Sequence record: NC_023568.1
DNA: 64,000 nucleotides
Strand: one strand, 5' to 3'
Shown here: positions 19,605 through 30,468 of the stretch, piece after piece
Layout: the number at the start of each line of letters is the position of its first letter
Numbering within the stretch: position 1 is the first letter of the stretch
Translations under genes and position numbers: made by a program
The notes under the pieces: model-generated
Seen by the model: only the letters and a program-made list of their open reading frames with translations
What the model was told of the DNA's origin: nothing
Database searches by the model: none

Positions 19605-21142
19605 TGTCAGGAACAAACATATTCACGCACGCTAGTGATGCAGCGCAATATGTTTACCTACAGCCCTTCACATCGCCTGGTTCAGCGTTTGAGTCAGGCG
19701 GTGATGTGCAGAGTATAATGGAGCTATTTGACGATAGCGCATTAGCACCACTTCCGTCACTTCCGTATGCGACAACGACTGAGGCTGGTATTGTTGAGTA
19801 CGCAACTCAAACAGAAGCTAATGCACTTGACGACTTATTAACTGTAATCACACCAGCGTCACTAGACGGGGTTGATCAGTTCGTGTCACCAGCAACCAGT
19901 ACTCAGTTAGGTAATCTACAAGAATTGCGTAATACTGATTTGACAAGAACATATTCGTCATCAGATGCAAGTCGTTTGCTGTCATATCGCCGTCTAAATG
20001 AAATGATGACGACTCGTAATGCACTAGCAGATGACACAACAAACGAATCACAAGGTTTTGCTGAGTTTGCAAATCTAAGCGAAACTTTAGCATATAACCC
20101 TGATCGATTCATTTCTCCACTTAGAACGTGGAACTTAATTAAAGCAGAGATACCAAACCCTTGGGCTCAAGCGACAGAAACATACACGGGCGTGCTTCGT
20201 ACTGTAGCAGAACGAGACGGGTATAAATCAGACGGTTCGATTGCAATTACAGTTAAAGGTCTTAATTACGTTAAAGCGACGACATCTAAGCGTGGTGCAT
20301 TCAAATTAACACAGAACAACTATGACCGTAATGCAAGCGATTCAGATGAATATGCTATAACTCCCGGTACAATTGACAATCTAATAGCGACACCGACTAA
20401 GCACGGGTTCTTTGAACTACCAAGCTCGTATGTAAACGACTCAACGAAAGCCACAAGTGCTGCACTTGGTGTTGATTTGAATACACTATTGGGCCCAGAC
20501 GGTGGTACAATTACTGGTGTTTTGAAGTGCGACAACATTTACACAAACATCATTTCTCGTCAAAAGCAGAGCAGCTATGGTGGAACATATTACACAACTG
20601 TGCGAGAGCAGAGAGAAATGTTCCCAAACAACCAATTAGACGCGAAGATCGGTCTCGAAGGGCGCCCTGTGGGTAGTATTTTTCACTGTACTTCATCAGT
20701 TGACCCGAATGAGATTTTCGGTGGCGTATGGTATAAGATGAGAGCAGGTCGAACTATGATGGGGCAGGGTATCGGTGATGATGGGTTCACTCGCAGATAT
20801 TACGCAGCGGGTTCGTTCAGTGACATCGACCGTGTTCAGTTATACGAGAGTAATTTACCACAACACCAACACGCAGGTTGGGGTGAAGCATATACAGGCT
20901 CACGCGAGGGGTGTATTCGCTACGAAACTCATCGAAGCCCGTATGGTGTAACATATACGTGTGATGAATATAATACTGTCAGTTACTGGAGATTCGGTAT
21001 AACAGGTTCGCGTAATAATCCCGGTTCGAAATCTACTGATCGTGATAATTACATGTATTACAACGAAGCAGTTGGTGGTAATGAGCCGCATGAGAATATG
21101 ATGCCATACTACCCAGTTTACATTTGGAGACGAGTTAAATGA
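19604..21142 (+). CDS. gp12: Short tail fibre gp12, paralogue 1
   Basis: N-terminus resembles gp12; ATTTEAGIVEYATQ repeats; collar PVGSIF; HQH metal motif; PHENMMPYYPVYIWRR. Confidence 0.85.
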   Translation: MSGTNIFTHASDAAQYVYLQPFTSPGSAFESGGDVQSIMELFDDSALAPLPSLPYATTTEAGIVEYATQTEANALDDLLTVITPASLDGVDQFVSPATSTQLGNLQELRNTDLTRTYSSSDASRLLSYRRLNEMMTTRNALADDTTNESQGFAEFANLSETLAYNPDRFISPLRTWNLIKAEIPNPWAQATETYTGVLRTVAERDGYKSDGSIAITVKGLNYVKATTSKRGAFKLTQNNYDRNASDSDEYAITPGTIDNLIATPTKHGFFELPSSYVNDSTKATSAALGVDLNTLLGPDGGTITGVLKCDNIYTNIISRQKQSSYGGTYYTTVREQREMFPNNQLDAKIGLEGRPVGSIFHCTSSVDPNEIFGGVWYKMRAGRTMMGQGIGDDGFTRRYYAAGSFSDIDRVQLYESNLPQHQHAGWGEAYTGSREGCIRYETHRSPYGVTYTCDEYNTVSYWRFGITGSRNNPGSKSTDRDNYMYYNEAVGGNEPHENMMPYYPVYIWRRVK

Positions 21143-22566
21143 GCAAAGGAACTCAAATTTTCAATCACGTGATTGACGATGCGGGTACGGTTACAGTTGA
21201 AGTCGAAGGTACTTCCTTTGATGGTCTTACTGGGGGTAATAACGATCTCCAAACGTGTCTTGAGCTTGTACAAGCTCATGCACTTCAACCATTACCCGAT
21301 TACCCTATAGCATCAACATCTGTCGCGGGTATTACATTGTTAAGTGATAATGCAGCAGTCGCAGATGAGCTTAATAACACAAGCGCGGTGACACCATCTG
21401 CATTAAATTATTGGATGGAAAATCACGCGACTGCAACAGAACTTCAATACGGTTTTGTGAAGCTGATTACAAACAGCACGATTGATAACATTGACCCGAC
21501 AGCCGCAGTAGAAGAAGCACAGAAACATGCATTCACGCTTAAAACATTGAACTACGCGTTGAATACTCGTTTCTATGCAACTGAATCTTCGCCGGGTGCT
21601 GTACGGCTAGCGACATATGCACAAGCAACGACAACAGGCACATTGTCTAATAGTGTGGCTATGACCCCACAGCGAGTTAAGGAAATGCTTGACGTGTGGG
21701 CGAATACTACCGCATCAGATGCTACAGAAACGACGAAAGGGTTGATTCGATTAGCAAATGCAACTGAAGTAAACAGCACATCAGCATCAGAAAACAATCT
21801 AGCAATTTCACCGTATCGATTCAATGAACGCACAGCGACAACTACGAGAAAGGCAGGTTTCTATCTACCGAACTCAACAGTTGCAAATGCGCGTACATCT
21901 AATGACCATGCAGTCACAGTCGGTACATTAGATTTATTCACTGCGACTAGCTCACGTGTTGGTGTTGCGAAACTTGCAAACAATCTAACAACAAACGACG
22001 CGACTCAAGCACTAAGTGCTGCAATGGGTTATAAGTTGAATAATGAAAAGATTGGGGTTTCAGGCGGGACAGTAACTGGTACATTGAAAATTGACGATGT
22101 TCAATCTGTAAGTGGTACTCAGTTAATGACGAATGGTCTGATTGAATCATCAGCCATGTTGAATATGTACCCTGTTGGTGCTATTTACATGTCACTTGAA
22201 TCTACATCACCAGCTACGCTATTCGGCGGGACATGGTCTAGAATTGCAGAAGGTCGTGTGCTTGTATCTGAAGGTACACATGGTGGTAGAACATTCAACG
22301 TAAGACAAACAGGTGGTGAATACGAAGTTATCTTAACTGAAGAAACAATGCCAACTCACAAACACGCGGGTTGGGGTGATCGTTGGACTTACGGTGGCAA
22401 CGGACTAGGGTTTGGAGTTGCATACGAATATGGTAGAAGCAACCCAGGTTCAGGTCGCACTGATAATGACAACTACTTGTATTACTCATCACCAGAAGGT
22501 GGTGGTCAACCACATAATAACGTACAGCCGTACTATACTGTTTACATGTGGGAAAGAACTGCATAA
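21139..22566 (+). CDS. gp12: Short tail fibre gp12, paralogue 2
   Basis: ATETTKGLIRLAN repeats; MYPVGAIYMS collar; HKH motif; PHNNVQPYYTVYMWERTA. Confidence 0.85.
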   Translation: MSKGTQIFNHVIDDAGTVTVEVEGTSFDGLTGGNNDLQTCLELVQAHALQPLPDYPIASTSVAGITLLSDNAAVADELNNTSAVTPSALNYWMENHATATELQYGFVKLITNSTIDNIDPTAAVEEAQKHAFTLKTLNYALNTRFYATESSPGAVRLATYAQATTTGTLSNSVAMTPQRVKEMLDVWANTTASDATETTKGLIRLANATEVNSTSASENNLAISPYRFNERTATTTRKAGFYLPNSTVANARTSNDHAVTVGTLDLFTATSSRVGVAKLANNLTTNDATQALSAAMGYKLNNEKIGVSGGTVTGTLKIDDVQSVSGTQLMTNGLIESSAMLNMYPVGAIYMSLESTSPATLFGGTWSRIAEGRVLVSEGTHGGRTFNVRQTGGEYEVILTEETMPTHKHAGWGDRWTYGGNGLGFGVAYEYGRSNPGSGRTDNDNYLYYSSPEGGGQPHNNVQPYYTVYMWERTA

Positions 22567-22606
22567 AGACAAGCATATTATAGCTTGAAAGTCAATGCTA
22601 ATAAAC

Positions 22607-22634
22607 GGGTGAGATTGATTTCTCACCCTTTTTT
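22607..22634 (+). terminator. Intrinsic terminator after the gp12 pair
   Basis: GGGTGAGA-TTGATT-TCTCACCC-TTTTTT. Confidence 0.85.
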
Positions 22635-22658
22635 GTATTAGCGCAGCGAAGAAATGGC

Positions 22659-22737
22659 AAGAGGCGGAAAAATTCCGTCTCATCTTAGTAGTATTAGTGG
22701 TTTTAGTGAAGTTAGGGATATTAGTATGATTAGTATT
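22659..22737 (+). repeat. Hairpin plus six TTAG units at 9-bp spacing (copy A); inverted repeat of 48690-48764
   Basis: 22659-22709 equals the reverse complement of 48714-48764 at 50/51 nt. TTAG starts at 22685, 22694, 22703, 22712, 22721, 22730. Confidence 0.92.
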
Positions 22738-22816
22738 AAATACGTGTTTAAAACCATGAATATGCTTGCTATTATTAAACACATAAAGACATTCCCTCTC
22801 TGTTTCTTTGTATTGC

Positions 22817-22824
22817 TATAAATA
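22817..22824 (+). promoter_or_regulatory. Late promoter for wac
   Basis: Exact TATAAATA. Confidence 0.85.
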
Positions 22825-22863
22825 GTAGTAAGCTATGTTCATTTACAATACAAGGGAACAAAA

Positions 22864-24546
22864 ATGACAATTCAAAAGCCTATCATTGAAGAGCTTAGAT
22901 ATGTAAATGGTCAACCAGATCCTTCTCAACGTCCCGATCAGACTCGAATCAATTGGGCTAAGAACGGTGAAAGCATTAACGGTGCTTCTGGTGACACGAC
23001 TTCAGACGGTGTATTAAACCGCGCAGGAGTACAGATTCAAGAAAACGTTCTAAACTCTCATTACAACACAAAAGCACAGCAAAGCGCAATTGAAGAACTT
23101 GTTGATACTGTTAACGAACTGACAGGTGGCGGTGACGCTAACTTAGGTTCTCGTGTGTCACAAAACGAGTTTGATATTGATGTACTTGAAGGTCAAATGA
23201 CTAACGTCATTGATGACATCGGTGTACCGAGTAGCGTTGACGTACTTGCAACAGGTCTGCATAAAGGCATCGAAGATGTTGAAGCAGATATTGGTGTTCG
23301 TAACAGCCTAGATATTCCAAACGAAGTTGAAAACAACGATACAGTTCGTAAAGATCTATATTTCATCAAGCGTCGTATTGGTAATGACCGTAACTACGAT
23401 GTCAACGGCAACCCATCGCCTAGTACAAACCCAACTGGTATGAAATATCAGATTGAAGATCTGTACAACAAAACAGCCACGATCAACGCTGAAATTGGCG
23501 AGAACGCAATCCCGCTTTCAATCAACGGTCGTTTATACGAACTAGAGCAAAACTCGCAAGTTGGTTCTGTTGATCAGATTCGTGATGAACTAGGTGAAAC
23601 GGCAGATGCCGACCCTGCTCGTCCCGTGTATCTTCGTCTTGATGATGCTGAAAGTTCTATTTCAGACAATGCATCAGATATTGCATTATTACAACAGGAA
23701 GTTGAAACGCCGACTACCGGTCTACTTGATCGCGTTAGCGCGAATGAAGTTACAATTGCAGATAATCAGTCACAGATTGGCTCCGTTACTAATTTATTTA
23801 TTGAAATGTCAACTGATATCGGTTCATACGCAGTAGATGACGTGTACTCGGGTAGCATGAAAGCTCGTCTATCGACGTTTAACGACGATATCAATAGATT
23901 GTGGGGTCGTTTAGGGGCTACTGACGCAGAAACTGGCACAGTGTCTTACAGAGTGTCACAGCTTGAGTCTAGTCTAGGTGAGCGTACAAACCCTGTTGAA
24001 TTTACTGCATGGTACACGATTCAAGAAAACCGTGGCTTAGTTGAATCTGCTCAGGCAGACGTTGACGGTCTATTGACTGTAGTTGGTCAGAGTGATAGCG
24101 AAGTGGGTACATTGCGTGCTCGTGTTCTGGAACTTGAAGCACAGTTGGATCATGCATTATTGTCTTCGGATACTCCGAGTACAGTTGATTTGACAACTAC
24201 ACCTACAGATGTATTCAGTTTATTCAATCTTGAGACAGACGTGAGTGGTTACACGTATGCAGGTGGTGTATTGACACGTAACGGTCTATCATTGAGCAAA
24301 ACGATGTCTATTCATTGGGTTGTTGTTTCACCAGTAAACACTACAATCACGATTCGAATTGATTTCGATCATGATAACGGCACAAGCTCATCAATCGAGA
24401 AAACACGTACGCTTCGTGCAAACCAAGTTACTCCAGTTACAATCACTAACGTTGCGAATCTAGATGACTTGAGTGAGATTCGAGTATTGGCTAGTACAGC
24501 GGCTAATGTTACTATCGACCATGAATCATTTGTACTAAAAGTATAA
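22864..24546 (+). CDS. wac: Fibritin (whisker)
   Basis: LRYVNGQPDPSQ..RINWAKNGE..GAS..DGVLNRAGVQIQEN N-terminus, then a long segmented coiled coil. Confidence 0.92.
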   Translation: MTIQKPIIEELRYVNGQPDPSQRPDQTRINWAKNGESINGASGDTTSDGVLNRAGVQIQENVLNSHYNTKAQQSAIEELVDTVNELTGGGDANLGSRVSQNEFDIDVLEGQMTNVIDDIGVPSSVDVLATGLHKGIEDVEADIGVRNSLDIPNEVENNDTVRKDLYFIKRRIGNDRNYDVNGNPSPSTNPTGMKYQIEDLYNKTATINAEIGENAIPLSINGRLYELEQNSQVGSVDQIRDELGETADADPARPVYLRLDDAESSISDNASDIALLQQEVETPTTGLLDRVSANEVTIADNQSQIGSVTNLFIEMSTDIGSYAVDDVYSGSMKARLSTFNDDINRLWGRLGATDAETGTVSYRVSQLESSLGERTNPVEFTAWYTIQENRGLVESAQADVDGLLTVVGQSDSEVGTLRARVLELEAQLDHALLSSDTPSTVDLTTTPTDVFSLFNLETDVSGYTYAGGVLTRNGLSLSKTMSIHWVVVSPVNTTITIRIDFDHDNGTSSSIEKTRTLRANQVTPVTITNVANLDDLSEIRVLASTAANVTIDHESFVLKV

Positions 24547-24556
24547 GGGGTAAGTT

Positions 24557-25486
24557 ATGCAAGCGTATAACGCTACATCGCCTCGTGAAATGAAAGATTT
24601 GATTTTAAGGCGCCTTGGTGCGCCTATTGTCAACGTCGAAGTATCTGAAGATCAGATATACGACTGCATTTCACGTGCGCTAGAACTTTACATTGAATAT
24701 CACCCAGATGGGGTGAACAAAACATATTCTATCATTTCATTGTCTGAAGAACAAGCTCAAACAGGTATCATAGATCTTGATATCCCCGCGACTGCGATCA
24801 CGAAAATTTTGCGCGGTGAAAGTAGCTTCTTCACTATGGACGGAACTGCGACATACTCATGGTTCAGCGACTTTTTACAAGGTCTAGCGGGTGGTGCAGG
24901 ACAAGGTTCATGCAATTCGTATCATCAAGGTATGTTAGGTGGTAGTGGTGGCGGTTTAAGTGATTATTGGAACTTGATGTCATACAAAAGTTTGATGATG
25001 GACTTAATGTCACCAGAACACGATTACTGGTATAATGGTGTTAACAAACAATTGCGCATCAATGCCAATTTGCAACCGAATGAAGTTGTTGTAGTCGAAG
25101 CATATGTTCCGAGTGCATTGTTAGTTTCTGAATCTGCGACTGGTATCATCGGTAACAAAGCAGCAACAATTGGTTCATATGAAGACACTACAGCGCAAGA
25201 GCGTTGGGATGACCCGTATGCGATTCTAAGACAGAATAACACAATCGGTAACCCTAACCAGTTCGCTGAACAGAACGCATATTCGGTGCGTTGGGTTAAA
25301 GACATGGCTACTGCTATGGTTAAACAGCTTAACGGTACGATTCTGAAGAAGCACCAAGGGCTTCAATTACCAGGTGGTATTACAGTAGACGGTAAAGAGA
25401 TTTACGCAGAGGCAGAAGAAGAAATGAATCGCTTGCGTGAAGAACTTATGTCACTGACCGTTCCGCTTGGCGTATTCATGGGGTGA
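24557..25486 (+). CDS. gp13: Neck protein gp13
   Basis: SPREMKDLILRRLGAPIVNVEVSEDQIYDCI, WVKDMATA and LPGGITVDG. Confidence 0.96.
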   Translation: MQAYNATSPREMKDLILRRLGAPIVNVEVSEDQIYDCISRALELYIEYHPDGVNKTYSIISLSEEQAQTGIIDLDIPATAITKILRGESSFFTMDGTATYSWFSDFLQGLAGGAGQGSCNSYHQGMLGGSGGGLSDYWNLMSYKSLMMDLMSPEHDYWYNGVNKQLRINANLQPNEVVVVEAYVPSALLVSESATGIIGNKAATIGSYEDTTAQERWDDPYAILRQNNTIGNPNQFAEQNAYSVRWVKDMATAMVKQLNGTILKKHQGLQLPGGITVDGKEIYAEAEEEMNRLREELMSLTVPLGVFMG

Positions 25487-25489
25487 TTT

Positions 25490-26329
25490 ATGGGAGCATA
25501 CGACGACAATACAGGTGGTATGTTCGCTAAGTTGGAAAGTCAAAAAGGGTTTGACAAGATCTACAATGATCATTTAGTCAACCCTTATTTCAACTGGGTA
25601 AATCATACCAACGAACAGAATTTAACAGACATGCTTGTTGCAGAGTCTATCATCAACCGTGGCGTTGAATGTGTTTACATTCGACGTGAAATGCAAAACG
25701 TCGATCTTGTATTCGGCGAAGACCCGTTGAGTAAATTTACCAAGAACTTCAGAATGGCGTTGTATGTTGAATCATTTGACGGGTGGGATGGCGACGGTGA
25801 TTGGTATAGTAAGTTCGGTTTTCAAGTTAATGATGAAATGAATGTCTGTATCAACCCAAAACTGTTCGCTCAACAAGGAGATGGCAATCAACCGCTAATG
25901 GGTGACTTGATATATTTCCCTCTTGCTAACAGTCTATTTGAGATTAGTTGGGTTGAAAGAGAAGACCCGTGGTATATGAATGGTGTTTTGCCTATGCGTA
26001 AGATGAAAATGACGAAATTCGTATACTCTGGTGAGGAAATCAATCTTGAGAAGCCAGACGCAGTTGTTGACTCGATTGACGACATTTTAAACTTTGGTCA
26101 AGATACTGACGAAATGATTGATATTGACAAAATCAATTCACTTGATGGTCGTTGGGACATCGGAATCGAGCAGGGTGATGAAATTACTCAAATCGAAGAT
26201 GAAGTTGAAAAATACTACGAATCTGAGCAAGTTGTGCCTCAGGGTAGTGATGTTAAACCAACAGACCCACGTCAAGAAGCACCAGTTGGGTTTAGTGTAA
26301 ATAACAGTAATCCATTTGACAGTTTTTAA
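25490..26329 (+). CDS. gp14: Neck protein gp14
   Basis: NPYFNW, LVAESIINRGVECVYIRRE, FGEDPLSKF and GDLIYFPLANSLFEISWVE. Confidence 0.96.
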   Translation: MGAYDDNTGGMFAKLESQKGFDKIYNDHLVNPYFNWVNHTNEQNLTDMLVAESIINRGVECVYIRREMQNVDLVFGEDPLSKFTKNFRMALYVESFDGWDGDGDWYSKFGFQVNDEMNVCINPKLFAQQGDGNQPLMGDLIYFPLANSLFEISWVEREDPWYMNGVLPMRKMKMTKFVYSGEEINLEKPDAVVDSIDDILNFGQDTDEMIDIDKINSLDGRWDIGIEQGDEITQIEDEVEKYYESEQVVPQGSDVKPTDPRQEAPVGFSVNNSNPFDSF

Positions 26330-26338
26330 GGGGGCATC

Positions 26339-27400
26339 GTGAAAGGGTATTTCTATCACAGATCGATACGCAAATACGTTCTCTTGATGGGAAACTTGTT
26401 CTCTAACATATACGTATCTCGCGGAGATACGTATAGAAAGGTGCCAATTACAGTTTCTTCAAAGGAGCAATTCGTTGCATCTTTGAATAGTCAAGAGCTT
26501 AACGGCGACAATAGTGTAGCTAATGTAGCTACGCTACTACCAAGAATTGGCTTGGACATGGTGTCGTGTACTTATGACGCGACGAGAAAAACTAACGTTT
26601 CAAACCGTAAGCTGACACGTGATTATACGGGTGATCGACCTAAATCGAATAAGCTCTTTAACTCAGTCCCTTACGACTTTGAATTTGAAGTCAGTGTTTA
26701 TACACGTCATCAAGATGATGCATTTCAAATTATAGAACAAATACTTCCTTATTTTCAACCGCAATTTAACACTATGATTAAAGAGCTTGATGAAAATGAG
26801 GTTGTAGTAGATGAGCGTGATATTCCTATTATATTAGAATCAGCCGTACCCGAAGCGACATTTGAAGGCGCTGCTGGCGATATGCGACATATCGAATGGA
26901 CATTGAACTTGCGTCTTAAAGGTTGGTTATACCCACCTACAAATGCTCAGTTCGGTGAGATTAGAACGATTTACTTGAACTTCCAAGACGAAGAGCAATC
27001 AATCATTCATGCAGAACGTGAAGCTGTTTCTAGTTCATGTGACATTGATTGGAGCGTTCGTTCTCAAGTCGATGCTGCTAGTTCAATTAGCTGGCGATAT
27101 AGAATCGAATCATCATACGATGTTGATTGGAATATACGTAGTGATATAAGTAGCGACCTTGATGTTGATTGGTCGAGACGATTTAGCACGAGCGGTAATA
27201 TTGATGTTGAGTATTCGACATATAGTTCAGTGAGCGCATCGAGTGAATTTGATTGGTCTACTCGCTCTACAATTGATAGCGATTATAACATCTACTGGTA
27301 TAACAGAGATGAAGTGGGCGCCTCGTACGGTGTAGTTTGGGATCATTCTCGTGAAGCTGTCATTAGCTCTACTGACGTGACGTACAACATTGAAAACTAA
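26339..27400 (+). CDS. gp15: Tail terminator/sheath stabiliser gp15 with a C-terminal repeat extension
   Basis: YFYHRSIRKY, KVPIT, LLPRIG, QIIEQILPYFQP and LKGWLYPP; the last ~130 aa are Ser/Trp-rich repeats. Confidence 0.93.
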   Translation: MKGYFYHRSIRKYVLLMGNLFSNIYVSRGDTYRKVPITVSSKEQFVASLNSQELNGDNSVANVATLLPRIGLDMVSCTYDATRKTNVSNRKLTRDYTGDRPKSNKLFNSVPYDFEFEVSVYTRHQDDAFQIIEQILPYFQPQFNTMIKELDENEVVVDERDIPIILESAVPEATFEGAAGDMRHIEWTLNLRLKGWLYPPTNAQFGEIRTIYLNFQDEEQSIIHAEREAVSSSCDIDWSVRSQVDAASSISWRYRIESSYDVDWNIRSDISSDLDVDWSRRFSTSGNIDVEYSTYSSVSASSEFDWSTRSTIDSDYNIYWYNRDEVGASYGVVWDHSREAVISSTDVTYNIEN

Positions 27401-27411
27401 TATGGTGGTCT

Positions 27412-27419
27412 TCTAAATA
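27412..27419 (+). promoter_or_regulatory. Late promoter variant TCTAAATA within hairpin GGTCTTC-TAAATAT-GAAGACC
   Basis: Box overlaps the stem and loop at 27407-27427, 33 nt upstream of the 27453 ATG. Confidence 0.6.
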
Positions 27420-27452
27420 TGAAGACCGTCCTTATCTTTTTGGAGAGAAATC

Positions 27453-28001
27453 ATGCCTATCGTAACAGGTGATTTAAGATTTAATAAAAGTCTGCACGTA
27501 GTTGCGGCTTCGCCGGGAAACGGCAACACAAACGATCAAGAAGTTGATTCACTGGGTGGTGGTATCAGTGCTACCGAGCTAGTTTCAGGTCAAGTTCATG
27601 ATCTTTTCGATGCGGTACCTTCATCTGAAGCTTCTTCAGGTCGTGTTGAGTATCGCTTAATTTACGTCAAAAATAACCACCCATCGCTAACTTTGTATGA
27701 TGCAATGGTGTATATGTCTGCCAATACAGCATCGGCAGATTCTACTATCGAGCTAGGTCTAGACCCAGTGGCGCTTAACGGCGTTGATTCGCTTATTACT
27801 CTAGATGACGAAGTTGATTCGGGTACTGAATTGTCAACAGTTATATTCGGTGAACATTCGACATTCGAATCTGGGCTTGATATCGGTAATTTAGCAGCAG
27901 GCGAATATCGAGCAATTTGGGTTAGACGTACTATCAATGCAGGTGCAGCGGCAGCATTAGAAACTGCAACTATTACTGTTCGTGGAGACACTGACGCTTA
28001 A
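27453..28001 (+). CDS. Hypothetical late (probably virion) protein, beta-rich
   Basis: Strong RBS GGAGAG; LGGGIS, HDLFDAV, EYRLIYVKN, GNLAAGEYRAIWVRRT resemble a widespread phage structural family (from memory). Confidence 0.8.
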   Translation: MPIVTGDLRFNKSLHVVAASPGNGNTNDQEVDSLGGGISATELVSGQVHDLFDAVPSSEASSGRVEYRLIYVKNNHPSLTLYDAMVYMSANTASADSTIELGLDPVALNGVDSLITLDDEVDSGTELSTVIFGEHSTFESGLDIGNLAAGEYRAIWVRRTINAGAAAALETATITVRGDTDA

Positions 28002-28014
28002 TACCTGTTTATAT

Positions 28015-28099
28015 CGCTGTGTGCTTAACGTACGCAGCGTTTGTCTATTGTATTGAGTGTTTGTACTCATATTATTGAAAAACGCTCACAGAGCGTTTT
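28015..28099 (+). promoter_or_regulatory. Three tandem hairpins upstream of gp16
   Basis: Stems at 28015-28039, 28054-28069 and 28079-28099. Confidence 0.5.
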
Positions 28100-28111
28100 A
28101 GAGAGGAACGT

Positions 28112-30422
<2,311 letters not shown>

Positions 30423-30423
30423 T

Positions 30424-30431
30424 TATAAATA
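30424..30431 (+). promoter_or_regulatory. Late promoter for gp18
   Basis: Exact TATAAATA. Confidence 0.85.
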
Positions 30432-30468
30432 TTAAATGAACAAACAACTTAATGGTAAGGAAAAATAA

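Noticed and set aside
20800-22566. Diversity-generating retroelement TR/VR pair in the two gp12 C-termini
   Set aside because: No reverse transcriptase in the window, and the differences include indels and are not confined to adenines.
22685-22737. CRISPR or mini-array reading of the TTAG repeats
   Set aside because: The units are 9 bp with no unique spacers, and no cas gene is present.
22489-22782. 97-aa - strand ORF across element copy A (..TKTTNTTKMRRNFSAS..) as a RepEB-like protein
   Set aside because: A 9-bp period keeps frames open by itself. The equivalent frame in copy B has no nearby upstream start and stops early, and the ORF overlaps the terminator and gp12. Not excluded, but unsupported.
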